Shown here: one piece after another, positions 26,679-40,374 of the stretch
Numbering within the stretch: position 1 is the stretch's first letter
Layout of the letters: the number at the start of each line of letters is the position of its first letter
DNA from: Dimorphilus gyrociliatus
Taxonomy: Eukaryota > Animalia > Annelida
Reading direction: 5' to 3'
Assembly: GCA_904063045.1 (NCBI GenBank)
Contig: CAJFCJ010000001.1
Coordinates: 2,728,001-2,792,000 of the forward strand
Length of the DNA: 64,000 nt
Position numbers and translations under genes: made by a program
Notes under the pieces: generated by a model
Seen by the model: only the letters and a program-made list of their open reading frames with translations
Databases searched by the model: none
Told to the model about the DNA's origin: nothing

Positions 26679-29531
26679 TTCTTTCACTTTCTCTTGCTCT
26701 CCCTCTCTCTTTTCCTCTTTTCCTCTGTTTCTCTCTTTTTCTATTCTCAACTCGTTCATACTATTCTTCTCTTCACGCGCTGGAGTTAATTGATTATTGT
26801 TAAAAAATTTCCCTGAAAATAGAGACGCATTAAACGCCAAGAGGGAAGGAGCAATAGGAAAAGTGCGATATTAAGAAACTGATATAGTAAACAGACTATG
26901 AAAAGTAGTGTATGATGAATTATATAAGCTAATTTAAAACAGATAATTACAATCAAATGAGGAAAAACTCCATCTATCGGTAGTCTTTTCTACTAGATGA
27001 CATTATATAGATGTTACAAAATACAAAATCTATACGTCAATGTCAGTTAATATGCTAGGTACTAAAGAAAAGACGAATAATTTTAAAGGGCGAAAGGATA
27101 AAGGGTTGCGTGCTAAAATGAATTGTCAGTTAATCCCTCAAGTACAATTTAGAACGTCCGCTTGACGGCAAAAATTGACATTTTATTATTTTTTTACCAT
27201 ATAAATCTCTAAAATTTTCTCGATTTTATAAAACCTTGTCAAATTTCAATGAATTGCTAAACTTGAACAGTAAAATAGGATAAAATATGTAAATGATGTA
27301 TGAATATTTGAATTAACATTAGAGATTAATAATATAATAATGTACAAATATCTATAAATAAATATATATATATATATATATTGTGAACGATAAAAAGAAG
27401 CAAATAAACAAAAGAGTAAGGGTAAAATAAATATTTTAGAGTATTAGTCTTTATAGTTGCTTGGAGTCAAATTTTCCTTCTTCTTTCCTTCTCTATCCCA
27501 TTCTTTTCCCATATATTCTTTCTTTCTTTCTTTCTTTCTCGCTTTAACCTTTTCATTTTCAACCGAATAGTTAAACTCTATTTTCTCTTCCTCTCTCTTC
27601 AACTTATACTAAACAGGATCTTTTACAAAGAGATAACGAATTTTTTGCCTGTGTACAATTTCACTTAGCATTTCTTTCATTACGTTTTCCAACTTTACTC
27701 CTTTTATCCGTTACTAGCCGAAAGGACATCATATTGACTGGGCTTTTCAAATTAAATTATCTTATTAAGTTGTTATTGATGATGTATATAAATTATATAC
27801 TATGTAGATAATAGAAAAAAAACTGTCTTGGTTAAATTCACTAAACTATTTATAGATTATTCAAATAAAGAACAATTAGTAAGAATCGGGTGCAAAATTA
27901 AAGAAGATATTGAGAACAATTGTGTTCATCAAACGATTTATATGGGTTGTTTAAAAAGAAAAGAAAATTAGAATTTGAGTAAAAGACGGTAAAGATGGTA
28001 AAGACCCTCAAGAATAAGATAAATAGAAAGGAAAAGTACGAGAGAGAAAGAAAGAGAGAGAGAGAGGGAAAAGGGGGAAAGAAAGTGATATGAATCATCG
28101 TAATGGTAAGAAAATACAATTCTGATAATAATACAATATGTAAAGTTCATGGAAAAGGTATATAAATCGTATAAAAGAGAGAGAGAGAAAACGCTAAAGA
28201 CGAAAATGAAAAAGGCGCGAATGAACGATTGGGGAGATAGACAGATATAGAGAAAAGATAAGGAAAGTAATCGTTGAAGAAATAAAATGGTTTCGCGTTG
28301 ATTTCCTTATAATAATTAATAGGACTATATAAGGATAGGAAACGATTGGATAAGTGAGACTCGAAGAGAGGAGAATAAGAGGTACAAGGGAAAATAATCA
28401 ATTATTTTTAGTCTTAATTAGTTTAACAATTACGAACAGCTCTTCTATTGAATTTTTTTTAATTTTTCTCTCCTTCTCCTCAGATCTTCCTTCCTCTAAC
28501 TTTATTTCTTCAATTTTTTCTCTATCAGTCTATCTATCTATCCCTACTCACTTATAGCTCTACTTTCTTCCCTTTTGCTTCTCGTCCTCCTAACATTTCA
28601 ATAAACGACTATTATATAATGCAATATACTCGAAAAATCATCATTGAACGCTTTTATAAAGGGCGTCTAATATATAATACATAATATCGTGAAACAGACA
28701 GGAATAAAAGCTATCCAACTTATTAATTAATAGGCAAACCATTTTTAGCCTAATGGAAACGAGTAATACATTCTCATCTAGACATAGAAAGCTTGATTGT
28801 ACTAAACGTACATAACTATATATTTGTCTCTTAATTATATTATTAAAAGCTTCATTTAAATACAACGCCACCTACAGGTCCCAATACACATCTAAAGAGA
28901 CGCATTTTTCAGAAGTACGCAAGTGAGAGCGTTTAAGCTTTAACGTGATTCAAGTGGCTAATCGCTAGAGGAATTAACAAAAGGAGTTTATACTACAAAC
29001 AAACTTTAAGATAAACCTATCTAATTAATAAACATTGGATACATCTTCGTATTTTATTTCGTATCTAACTTTGCATATACTTTTATAAATAGTATATGCC
29101 TACTATTGATGAAAACTTTATATACAATTAAATTTCATAGATAATTCCTTTATCTTTATACAAATAGAAGGTAAATTTTATTTTCATTTAAATAATATAA
29201 CTGTATTATAAGCTTTATATATATAATATATATATATAGTTTATGATTAACTGGTGACAAACTTTTTACGCTGGAAGAAAGAGAACTTATGGTGGAATAT
29301 AACAATAAAGGAATAATAATAAGGAATATCACTATTTATGGATCATAAAACGTTTTCTGTCTCTCTGCAAACTTGACAACGACAAACCTCAAATACTTTT
29401 AAAATATAAATATATGTAAATATATATATATACTGTAAAAAAAAAAATATATATATATATATATAAACTATACTTTACTGTGTATATACAATTCATGTAT
29501 ATATATAGTCATTTATGGTCATTTAATAATT

Positions 29532-30611
29532 ATGCTAAATTCAACACCACCAACACCTTTTCATCAAAACGGAACAGAAAAGGTCGAAATAGGAAATCGT
29601 CTATGGCGTTACATGGCACCAGTTATTTTTTTTACTGGCCTAATAGGAAACGCCATTATATTATTAGTGATGAGAAGGAAAAGGATGGGTCATACGTCAA
29701 CGAGTCTTTACTTAAGATTCATTGCCACTGCCGATTTATTAGTTCTTGTCTTTGGAATGATACCAGAATGGTTGGAAGCTAGTGATATTGTAATTTTCAA
29801 AACTCTGCATCCGGCAACTTGTAAGATAGAAAAATTCGCTCATTACAGCGTTAACGATACGGCAACGTGGTTCCTCGTAGCGTTCAGTTTCGATCGGTTT
29901 ATCGCCGTCAAGTTCCCATTACATAAAAAGGTATTTGGTACTGCCAGACGCATAAAGAGTATTTGTACGGCTATAGTTCTCCTCTCTATGGCCAAGAATA
30001 TTGAGGTATTTTGGACTAGAGGGTTTGAAAGAGTGAACGAGGATTATCGTTGCGGCAGCCCTACACAAAAGATACTCAATTATAACAAAAACGTACGGCC
30101 GTATCTGGTATTTACTCTAGCCGTCGCAGTCCCGTTACTCGTTATCAGCAGCTGCAATCTGGCTATCATTTGGACGCTTTATAGGCAGAAAACACCAACA
30201 ACCGCAAATGTCGGTAAAAGTCAGTCCCGCACAAGGATAATGACGCAAATGACACTTATGTGTGTCAGCGTTTCATTTGCCTTTATTATCTGTATAACGC
30301 CGACGTTCGTCATGTACATTGGCAAACAGTACTGGAGAGATAGAGATTGGTATGATGTTGCGAAGGCAGTCTCCAATCAACTCCTATATGTTAATAACTC
30401 TATTAACTTCTTTCTATACTTTGCTACTGGTACAAAATTCAGGATCGAAGTCTTCGTTTTATTCGGCGGTCGCCGACAAATTCCTGTAGTCTGTCGAACT
30501 TCAGTTCCAACAGAGACAAGCGTTCAAATGCGTACGTCGCGACAGTCTAGTAGTCCGAGAACTGGACTATTGAATGGTGGATCAAGAAAATTGTCGCAGC
30601 ATTTTTTATGA
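29532..30611 (+). CDS. Intronless class A (rhodopsin-like) GPCR, peptide-receptor type (FMRFamide/MIP/proctolin-receptor-like), orphan
   Basis: Seven hydrophobic segments, TM1 GLIGN, TM2 IATADL, TM3 C...SFDRFIAV, TM7 NNSINFFLY, N-terminal NST/NGT glycosylation sites and a Ser/Thr-rich tail. Confidence 0.92.
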   Translation: MLNSTPPTPFHQNGTEKVEIGNRLWRYMAPVIFFTGLIGNAIILLVMRRKRMGHTSTSLYLRFIATADLLVLVFGMIPEWLEASDIVIFKTLHPATCKIEKFAHYSVNDTATWFLVAFSFDRFIAVKFPLHKKVFGTARRIKSICTAIVLLSMAKNIEVFWTRGFERVNEDYRCGSPTQKILNYNKNVRPYLVFTLAVAVPLLVISSCNLAIIWTLYRQKTPTTANVGKSQSRTRIMTQMTLMCVSVSFAFIICITPTFVMYIGKQYWRDRDWYDVAKAVSNQLLYVNNSINFFLYFATGTKFRIEVFVLFGGRRQIPVVCRTSVPTETSVQMRTSRQSSSPRTGLLNGGSRKLSQHFL

Positions 30612-32094
30612 ATAAAAGAAAAAAGATAAAGAAAGTTTAAAACTTTAAATAAAAGGAAATCAACTTTGAAAAAAGAAAATGAAAAAAAAATGGAAATGAT
30701 TGAAACAGATAAATATCTACATGATAAATTTAGTATATATATTCTGTACAGTACGTATATAACAGCTCGTGAATAATTGCTTGAAAGGACGGCGTCTATA
30801 ATTCACTGTTTGTCCTTGCGTGCGTGTGTAAATTTCTTTTCTTCCCTCATTATGATATTCTATACTGCATATCCTCACTTTCACATATAGGTATTCTTCT
30901 TTACAAAATGTACCAAGTAAATATTTAAATATACAATATACAGTATTCCGTATTTATTCTTAATCTCTTATATTTTCCTTCCTTTCTAGACGCATTTTTC
31001 TCTACTTATATACATATTTAGTAGCTGTCTAGTTCCTAAATAACAGCTTTAAACAGTTATCAACTCGATGTTGAATAATTATTATGCAATTGAAGAATAT
31101 CTTTGGAGTTTGTAGTCGTTTTTGAAAGGCTTATCGATTAAATATTGATTCAAGACGTAATACAGCGTTAAAAGCCAATACGATCCTTTCTACTTTTACA
31201 CTTTTCCCCAACTACTTCTTTCTGCATTAAGCCGGAAACTGGAATGAGATTTCCAATTGTATAAGGCTTTTAAAATATCTCTAAAATCTACTCATTCTAC
31301 TTATTCTAATATATCCGTTCATTATGAAAGCTATCAAAATTATCCTTTAAGTTAATTAAAACTAGCTTTTAATAATAGAGGTGTAACAATTGAAACTTTT
31401 TGTTGTATTAACGTACTTATGAAATACTTCTCAACCTTATTTCTTTACGTATTTTGTTCGTAAAGCGATCTAAGATTTCTCTATTTTCATCTTGACTTAC
31501 TTTAAGCGTATGGTGTGGGATATGAAGAAGCTTTGTTGGAAGAGAATGAAGAGGGAGAGGGAAAAAAAGGCGCATTTTACAGTCCATCCATTGATTTTTC
31601 GGCTTTAAAATAAGCTGTCTAAAAACATTTAGCCTATTTCAATACCGTCAATTTTCTTCTTCTGTAAAGGGATTGGCCTTGACGATAATATAAAGGAATA
31701 TAACAGATCTGTCGACCCGCTAATTCCAGTTTTCAATGGGATAACACGATGAAGACAGTCGTATAATTAGGGAAGACGATAGGCGTTTAAGTATAATTAT
31801 GAATTGAGAGATTGGATAGTAAATTTTTCTGAGACAGAGAACATAATAATTAAAGTTACCAGAAGATAATAAAAGGGCAAAGATTTGTAAATAACATATA
31901 TTCACGAAAGAAAAGGCGGAATTACGGAAAAGATAGGAATAATTGCTGTGTTAGAAAAAATAAAAAAGAGAAGAGTTGAATCTATTGAATAAAGAAAACT
32001 AGAATATAAGTGCAAATTAGTCACACATCACCGACGTTCTAATATTAGAATAGCTATAGCGTCCGGCTATAGAACAATTCGAACTTGTGTTCAA

Positions 32095-32102
32095 TGACGT
32101 CA
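32095..32102. promoter_or_regulatory. Palindromic CRE (TGACGTCA)
   Basis: Exact CREB/ATF consensus in a GC-richer non-coding island; target gene unknown. Confidence 0.3.
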
Positions 32103-34518
32103 GATCTGCATCGATTAAAAATAATTATATAGCGGAACGTCGGGCCACTTTCCCATTGGGAATCTAAAACTTCTGTTTACGAATACCGGTGTCCATTTAG
32201 TGTCGTACAATGAGCTCTCCTATACTCTCCTGACGATAAGCGAAGGGGAACGAAACAAGGGTTGTACTAGAAGCCTTTTCTCCCCTAAAATCATCTTTCC
32301 GTAACCCCTTTCGTACGACCCCTTCCCTCCACTTTCCATATCAATAAATCAACGTGTGGGAATATTTTCACTCAATTAAATATCCTTTACCAAACTTTCT
32401 TCTCTTTAGTCTTCTCATTTTTCATTTTCCTCTTCCTTTTCCTACTCCTATCTCCTTCAAAAAGTAACAAACAAAAACAAGTATTAATTTTTAATAATAG
32501 ACTTTGTTTACTTCTTAATTATGATTCTCCCACCTTTCTCCCTTCTAACTTATTAATATTTTTATTGGAATAATTCCCGCACCCTACGCGATCTAGCATA
32601 ATTAGGCGCATGGTATCGATCTTCATTTATTAATGAAATCGTCCGCGTGACTTTTTAAACGTCTACCACACCAAAGACTGGAATTTCGACTCTTGGTTGT
32701 AATCAGCTTTTGACACACTTCCCCATTCAGTTGTCTAATTGAGCCGCTTGGCAGGGCATTCCTGACTTCCTGTAGAAATGCAAACTGAATTACGAAGTGT
32801 TCCCTCTTTTTTACGTCTATTTCTTTGAAAAAAAAAATCGAAATTCCTAAAATGCGTACAAATACTCGAAAACTTTTCCCTTCCGTTCTTTTCTTCTCTT
32901 CCACTACCAATCCAAGATTTTCTTGTTCGCACATTGTTACCAAAAATCCTTAATCTTGTCTCTTTTCCGCATAAGCATTATTCTATTCTAGGCCTATTCG
33001 AATTTATCAAAAATTTTTAGTCTTCGCTTGGGAGAAAAGTAGTGGATAGAACCCTAGAGCTATTGTCCTGAAACAGTGCTAATTAGCATACAAACGTGAT
33101 ATTGTATAATATACATCTTTCTTAGGACAAACAGTTATAGAGAGAAAATCAGGGAATAAAGCTGAAAGACGCGAACGAGGGGAAGGGAAAAAGGCTAAAG
33201 TTCGCCTTTCAAACGTTCATAGGGTGTTTGTAGTGAAACCGTGAAAAATTTCGGTCGCCTCGGGTCTTCCTATCTGTCTTCTTCTTTGTTCCTTTTTTTC
33301 TCTCTCTAACGTGTAAAATAGCTGCTAAAACGAGCAGTAATACTAAGAATTGTTCCTGAAATGATAGATAGCTATTCCCTTCTTTCCTCTCGGCTTTATT
33401 TCCTTTTTCCGACATTTTCTCACTCGGTCATTCAATTTTCTTTAGGTTATTTCCGCTCTTCCGAAGAAATCGGTAATAATCTATTATCTATAAATAATTT
33501 TCCTATCTATTCTTTTTGCTTAAATTATAGACTGTCTTTCCCTAATTCTGCAAGGAAAGCAATTCAATCAAAAGATGGCTAAAGAGAAAAAAACCCAAGG
33601 ACAAACCGTTTGTTTCCAGTCGGAAAATTGGCATAAGATTACAGTAATTAGCAATTCCCTTAGATCTGTAACAACAATTTCCCTGTCTATAAGAAAAGCC
33701 AAGAGTGAATGTGTGAATCTAGAGATGTGTTTATTACAATATATCTTTTATCCTTGATTTTTTCTCCCCTTTATTTCATTTTTCATAAAATAAAAAGAGG
33801 AAAGAATGAAAAGAATGAAGGAATTAAAAATAGACGCTTTCCTTTATTTTCAGACTATACAAAAGCAAATATTTAACTCTTTTTTTTATATATTTAATCA
33901 TATATTTAAAGGCTCATTTATGTTTATTTTTATATCTATGCTATTGTACTTGTATATTCTTTATGCTAAAAAACAGCGTCTATTTTTATCAAACCATTAA
34001 CCGATTGCTGTTTAAAACAATGATAGTTATTTTAAAAGAGCGGAAAAGTGACGCTTATAACGTTAAAATTCATATTTACACAACTAGAAAGGAACGTATT
34101 TATTCGCTAGAACGATTATCTCATAATAGGTAAATCATATATTAGTTAATTATTTATAGGTTCTACCGATAGCAAATAGAGTGAGAGATGCTTATTTAAG
34201 ATAGAATAGAAATTTGCTCTTTTATATAGTTGGTAAAAGAGGGTGAAAGGTTTTCTCCTCTGCTGTTATGTAATAGAAGGGTAGTATCATATTTTTGCTA
34301 ACAAAATCTCTTGTCAATCCATCTTCAACAAGAGGTCCTTTTTGACTAGAGTCAAATTATCAATCTAAGGTCGAATAACATTCCCTCTGGTACCCCTTCC
34401 ACTTTTCAATAGCTAATGCTAATGTCGAATCATTTTATATACTATTATAATGTTAAATAGTAATATCTCATTATAGAAAACTAGAGTCTTTGGGGATAGG
34501 ATTGAGCGTGTTTGCGAA

Positions 34519-35125
34519 ATGAGAAAGTTAGTTTTCCGTTTCCTTGCATTTTCTTTCTAGATAAAAAAAATACTTAAACTTGTTTTATTAGCCTACAAAT
34601 ATTTTTCAAACAACTACAATTAACTGTATCTCGCTTCTCATCTTCATCTTGTCTTTCATTCAATGATAGTCTTGTTGCCAATCCTATTAAGACTTATCAA
34701 TCAACAAAAGAACTATGCCTTTTCCATCCTTGTACAGCAACACATTTCATATGGATTAATTCGTAAGTATTAACAATATTTTAATTCTCTATCCCCTCCT
34801 AATTGTTCTGTTCAAATCTCAATGTTCTCTTTAATGGTTTAGTCGAATATTCGATTAAAACAATCCACTTGAATTAGTTGATCTAGATATTCATGTTAGT
34901 TGCTGTTTTTTGCAAACATTGGATTTGTTGCCAGATAGATGGCGGACTTATCGAGTGATAGGAGATATTGGCAATGCGAAAAGCGAGAAAAAAGCTAATG
35001 AGAATAGTAAATTTCATATTCGTTTGCAGAAGAAATATAATCGTGGAACGACAGTTACAAAGCTGTTGTTTGTATCCATTATTAATTTCTATCATGTATT
35101 ATCATCATTTTCCTCTGATAAATAA
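34519..35125 (+). CDS. Possible small multi-exon Cys-containing protein (weak model)
   Basis: ATG at 34519 with donor at 34527. Exon 34592-34762 ends at a strong GTAAGT donor. An in-frame continuation from 34900 gives ...LCLFHPCTATHFIWINSCCFLQTLDLLPDRWRTY... No recognised family. Confidence 0.25.
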
Positions 35126-35690
35126 TAGTAAAGTTACAACTTAACAAAGAACAAGTTTGTTTACTTTATAACCAGTTAAAAAAAGTGTTGGATCGCTTTT
35201 CTTCTTTCTCTGCTCGTATGATAACTATTTCCTATGGCAGTTGTAATCAATAAGCTAATGTTAATTGCTATTCATAAGAAATTCCTAAAAAGACTTATGC
35301 TGTTCTGACTTTATCTCTTAACTATTACTTATCATTAGTAAGAAAAAACCTTTGCGACAAGAAGCACAAAAAATAAGAAAACATCTAACCAATAGAAGTA
35401 TTTTAGGTTACATTTGATTACATTGTACCTTTTATTAGTTTTGTATCGCTTACCTTAGTTTGTCTGATTCAATGAGATCGAATTATTCTTGTCCTGAAAG
35501 TGGGGACAAGTTTACTGGCTCTGCTGGACACAATCTAGACCGCACTTAAGCAAGTAAATATTCAGGTTTTTAATAAGTTTGTTTCTTTAAACTCATAATG
35601 AAAGTTCTGATGAAAATTAATGGGCCTATTAAAAGATCAAATAACCTAAATATAACAACGTTAGAACAAACAAATTCCCTTTATAGTCTG

Positions 35691-37001
35691 TTAGTTGAGA
35701 CACGGTGATTCTCTTCCGTAAGCACGAAATACCTTACGAATAATAGTCTTGATATCGTTCATAGTTATGTCTTCACATAAAGCACTCCACCATTCGACTT
35801 TTGCAGATTCATTTAAAGGAACATGAATACCATGAACACATAGAGATGCATAAAATAAAGAGACAGCAATATGCTGAGAAGGGTATTTCATACAGATATC
35901 TGTTACATAACTATCCTGCAATAATGACCATGCAGTTTTCACTAAGGGTACTCTAGATACAACGCCAGGCGGAAGCCACGATAAAAGCGATTTCGCAAAG
36001 TATAACAGATAATTATGAGGAAGGTCCACATCCACTTCGTACTCGATAGCTCTGAGGACTTGGAGTTCCATTTTCGTAACGGATTCTCGTAACTTCCAAT
36101 ATGTATCATCTAGTTGCAAAGCCTCTTTGTCAGGATGTAAAATTTTATAAGAAACGTTTATGACATCTCGTAGGCGCACCGATTCTTCACACACTTTTCC
36201 GGATAGGTATAAGCAAGCAACAGCAACCGTCTGTAAAAATAGCGATATATTAATTACAATAAAGTTGATAAAATAAAGGAAATAACTTACATATACATCG
36301 TAATTCTCTTGTGAATATATACTAAAGAATTTACGATATAGAGTTGTTGCGTGCGCTATGACTATGACTGTTGTCCTTACACGTAAACCTGAAAGAATAA
36401 CAGGTAAAATTTCATTGAGTTTGTCTCTTATATTTCAGAACTTTTACAGAAGAGGAAAAAGAATAAGGTAAGGAAGTGCGTAAGATGATTACTAATTATG
36501 CAATAGCCGTAATAAAAACCCATAAGAATCATCCCTTAGCGTCTAAAACTACTACTGATGGACCAAAGAAATGCAATATAATATTTAGACTTTTCCATTT
36601 ACTGTGCAAATATACTTAAATATCTAGGAAACGCCTAACTCGAGATGTTTCATAAAAAACATGAGAATCTATTGTTAAAAAGATCGTATTCATTAATCTT
36701 GTCCCTTTCTCCCTATACTTTCTGGCAAGCATTGCTTCGAGAGGATAAAAATAGAACTTAAGTATATTTTTAACGTTTGCCGGTTACATTTTAGGTATCG
36801 GAAGAGAAATGGAAATATTAGAAATTCTTAATATCTTAATCGTTTTTTTTAAACATTTTATAGAGGGCTTTGAAATTAATACTCATTAAAATAAATAATA
36901 AAAGCTGCCTAAATGCAAATAAACGGGAAATTGAAAATATTTTCCGAACCTGCCTCTCTTATAAACAGTGATACTTCATCGTGCACTTTACTTTCACTCA
37001 T
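35691..37001 (-). CDS. CCNQ: Cyclin Q / cyclin M (FAM58A), CDK10 partner
   Basis: Exons 37001-36950 (MSESKVHDEVSLFIREAG), 36389-36291 and 36230-35691. Motifs LYLSGKVCEE..RLRDVINV, YWKLRESV..MELQVLR, AWSLLQDSY, HIAVSLFY and EWW match the cyclin Q pattern. Confidence 0.9.
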
Positions 37002-37353
37002 AGCTTCTAGTTGATCACGGCCAATTTAATGCATAAGAATTGTGTATATTTATTAATTATGCTTTATTTAGAAGCATATAAAGGTTATTTATTAAAGTTC
37101 TTTGATAACGTTTGTTACAAATACAAGTACGAAGATGACACTTCCGGTAAAGTAAACTTTGTAGGAATTAAACTGTTTTCGTATTATATAGTAGAAGTTC
37201 ATAAATACTATTATGAAAGAAAAATTTTTATATTAAGTTATATTTTAAGTAAAACTTAAATAAATTGTTGTTTATATATAGACTTTTTTATTTCTATGAT
37301 ATCCCAATGAGTGATTTCGTGCATAGTTAACCTGGAACGAGGCTCGTCCAAAG

Positions 37354-40300
37354 ATGGCTGCTGAAACGACTATGGATAAAAAATCAGGTAATATCTCGGG
37401 AATCGTTAAAATTAATTCCCCTAAAATGCGATTCTTCAGCAAATCATCGCTATTTACCTTCAACTAAGCCGTAACGCCAAATTTATTCACATAATAACAG
37501 ATCAGTTTTCGACCGGAAAATATCGTTCATCTTACCTAGAGTATTTTTGGGCTAAAAAGTTGATTAATTCGCGTGACTTGTAAGAACGATCAAAATAGAT
37601 TGCGTTTTAAGATGTATATGTCGAATGTTTATATTTTGTTTTTTTTTTTTGACTTAACAACAGATGCTGAGGTTAACTCAAATGGGCAGAGCGCAAAGGA
37701 GACTAAAGAAATTGCCCTCCAATGGGCAGATTATTACGAGAAACAAGCTGAAAAAGCTGCTGCTGAAGGAAAAACAGACGATGCTAGCTTGGCAAAGCAA
37801 TGGGCAGATTATTATAGGCGGCAAGCTGAAGCAGTTCAAGTAGAAACAAAAACTGATGAGAACGTAAAAGAACACGTAAACAACTCGATGGATACATCTG
37901 ATGCCTCGCCCAATGAAGACACAGTTACTGATTCGAAGAAAGAAGAGCCACTAAACGACAGAAAGGACGCCAAAAAGAAAAAAGTTAATCCAGAAATCGA
38001 AAAGTATTGGAAAATCGTGAAAAAAGATTTTAAAGACTTCAACTCCTGGACTTACTTATTACAGTTGATTGAAAACGAGGTTTGAAAATAAGTTAACTTT
38101 CAGAGTATATGAAATTTGGATTTAAGAATTCGTTGATTATTAACTTACTTGTCAAAAATAGAAACTAAAGTATGTTTAGTGTATGATAACGTAAGCAGTA
38201 GTCATTTTTAAATATTAAACTTTTAATGTTGTTGATCAGTTTTAAATGATGTATACTTAAAACAGGATGACATCGAGGAAGTTCGTCATGCCATGGATTC
38301 GTTCTTAAAGCATTATCCGTATTGCTACGGTTATTGGAAGAAATATGCAGACATTGTAAAAAAGCACCATGGATTCGATGAGGTGGAGAAGGTGGGGCTA
38401 ATGCTATTGACGCTATTTTTTCTTTTTGTAGCACTGTTCCGCCTTACAGGTTTGGTTAATAAACCAAAAAACTAGTACGCGAACCAAACAAAATTATAGC
38501 TATGAAGCGTAGTACGTTGGTATACGAAATGCAATAAAGATGCATAAATACTAACAGTTTATCTTTTTATACTTTCCAGTTGCCGAAGTGACTGTAATAA
38601 TTGTATTTCAGGTGTAGAGGAAGTGTTTATAAAAAACATGTACGCGTCAGTTGAATATTTTTATCTCCAATTAAAATTATTACTTCATGTATTTACTTGA
38701 CAACAGATTTTTGAAAGAGGAGTTGAGGCTATACCGCTATCAATCGATTTGTGGATTCACTATCTGGAATGGACGATTAAGCAAAGATTTAAAGATAAAA
38801 ATGAAAACAATGATGAGCATATTCGGAAATTATTTAATCGGGCATTAGAAGTTTGTGGAATGGAATTTAAATCGGATCGTTTATGGCAAATGGCTCTGGA
38901 TTGGGAGAGCCAAAAGCGAAATTCACACAATGTTTTCGCTCTGTACGAGAAACTAATCACCATTCCAACGCAGTCGTATTCCAATCATTATACAAGCATA
39001 ACGGAGATTGTACAAAGTACAGATCCATTAGAAATTCTTGAAGCGGAAGAGCTTAGGAAATTAAAATTACAGATTCAAAAAGAAAGAAAAGAAGCTGCTG
39101 AAGCAGCTAAGGCAGCCCAGCCGAATGAAGATGCTGTTATTGCAGCCACACTCATTCCTGATACAGCAGCTGATGCTTTAGGTAAATCCACCGATGCAAT
39201 TACCGATCCTCATGATCTTCCTTTATCGGAAGAGGAAGAGCAAAAGTTACTTAAAGAAAAAATTCTAGCATCACGCGAAATCATCCATAAGAAAACGGCA
39301 GAAGAGGTAACCAAAAGATGGCAATTCGAAGAAGCCGTTAAAAGGCCATATTTTCATGTGAAACCATTAGAAAAGTCGCAACTAAAAAATTGGAGGGAGT
39401 ATCTGGATTTCGAAATAAAAGAGGGCTCCAAAAAGCGTATAGCATTGTTGTTTGAACGATGTTTAATTGCTTGCGCGTTGTATGAAGAATTTTGGATAAA
39501 ATATGCTAGGTACACATACGATTCTCTCAAGAATATAAACGAGGCTCGTAATATTTTCCGAAGGGGTTGCATTGTTCATTTACCTATGAAAGTAAATTTA
39601 GTTTTGGAATGGGCAGAATTTGAGGAAAAGGTGTCTGGTTTTGACGAAGCCCTATCTATCCTCGATGAATATGAGAAAAGATATCCAGGAATAATAGCTG
39701 TTAAAGTTCACAGGTTGGGAATTTTAAGACGATCTGGTAACCTAGATTCTTGCGAAAATATACTAGAAGAAACCTTAAAGTCTGTTTCGAACGCTACCGT
39801 TAAAGCTTTTTGGGCACACAAGTATGCACGATTTTGTTTGAAAGTGTTGCAAAATTCTAGTAAAGCTAAGGAAATTCTCACTGAAGTTGTCAAAGAGCAA
39901 CCTTCGAATGCTAAGTTAGCTATGCATCTGGTTGATGTTCTTTATACTGACAATGACATTGATGGAATGTTAAATGTCTTAGAAGAATGTACACAGAGAG
40001 AAAATTTAACAGCAGAAGAGCGTATTGCGTTTTCACAGTGTAGACTTGACTTTCTCGATGACTTAGCTTGTGATGTAAAACTTGTTGTAGCTGCCAAATT
40101 AGCACACGAAAATCTTCACTTTGAAATAAAAGAGAAAAAACAAAAAAGAAAAGCTGAAAGCATTGAAGGGGGTGGTGGTGGTGGTGCTGCTGCTGCTGCT
40201 GCTGCTGCTGCTGCAACCTATACTGGAGGTGATGGAGCAGGTGCAAAACGAACTAAAGTGGACCAAGACTGGTATCAACAATTTCAGCAACCATCAGGAT

Positions 40301-40374
40301 CAGGCGATTATTCTTCGCAACAGTTTTACCAACAGCAGTGGGCAAATTACTATAGTGGTAATTGGCAACAATAG
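37354..40374 (+). CDS. PRPF39: Pre-mRNA processing factor 39 (U1 snRNP-associated HAT-repeat protein)
   Basis: Exons 37354-37387, 37664-38079, 38266-38391 and 38707-40374. Motifs [60 protein letters not shown] and [22 protein letters not shown]. Confidence 0.96.
40168..40215 (+). repeat. Coding (GGT)n(GCT)n repeat giving G6-A10 in the PRPF39 tail
   Basis: GGG, five GGT, nine GCT, then GCA, all in frame. Confidence 0.9.

Noticed and set aside
26219-28871. F/L/S-rich or K/R/E-rich ORFs
   Set aside because: Translations of CT/GA low-complexity tracts and microsatellites.
32623-33757. Several 60-106 aa ORFs in GC-richer islands
   Set aside because: No family motifs or consistent exon chain. 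More likely regulatory DNA.
38392-38706. Intronic box C/D snoRNA in PRPF39
   Set aside because: No RTGATGA C box with a terminal CTGA D box was found.
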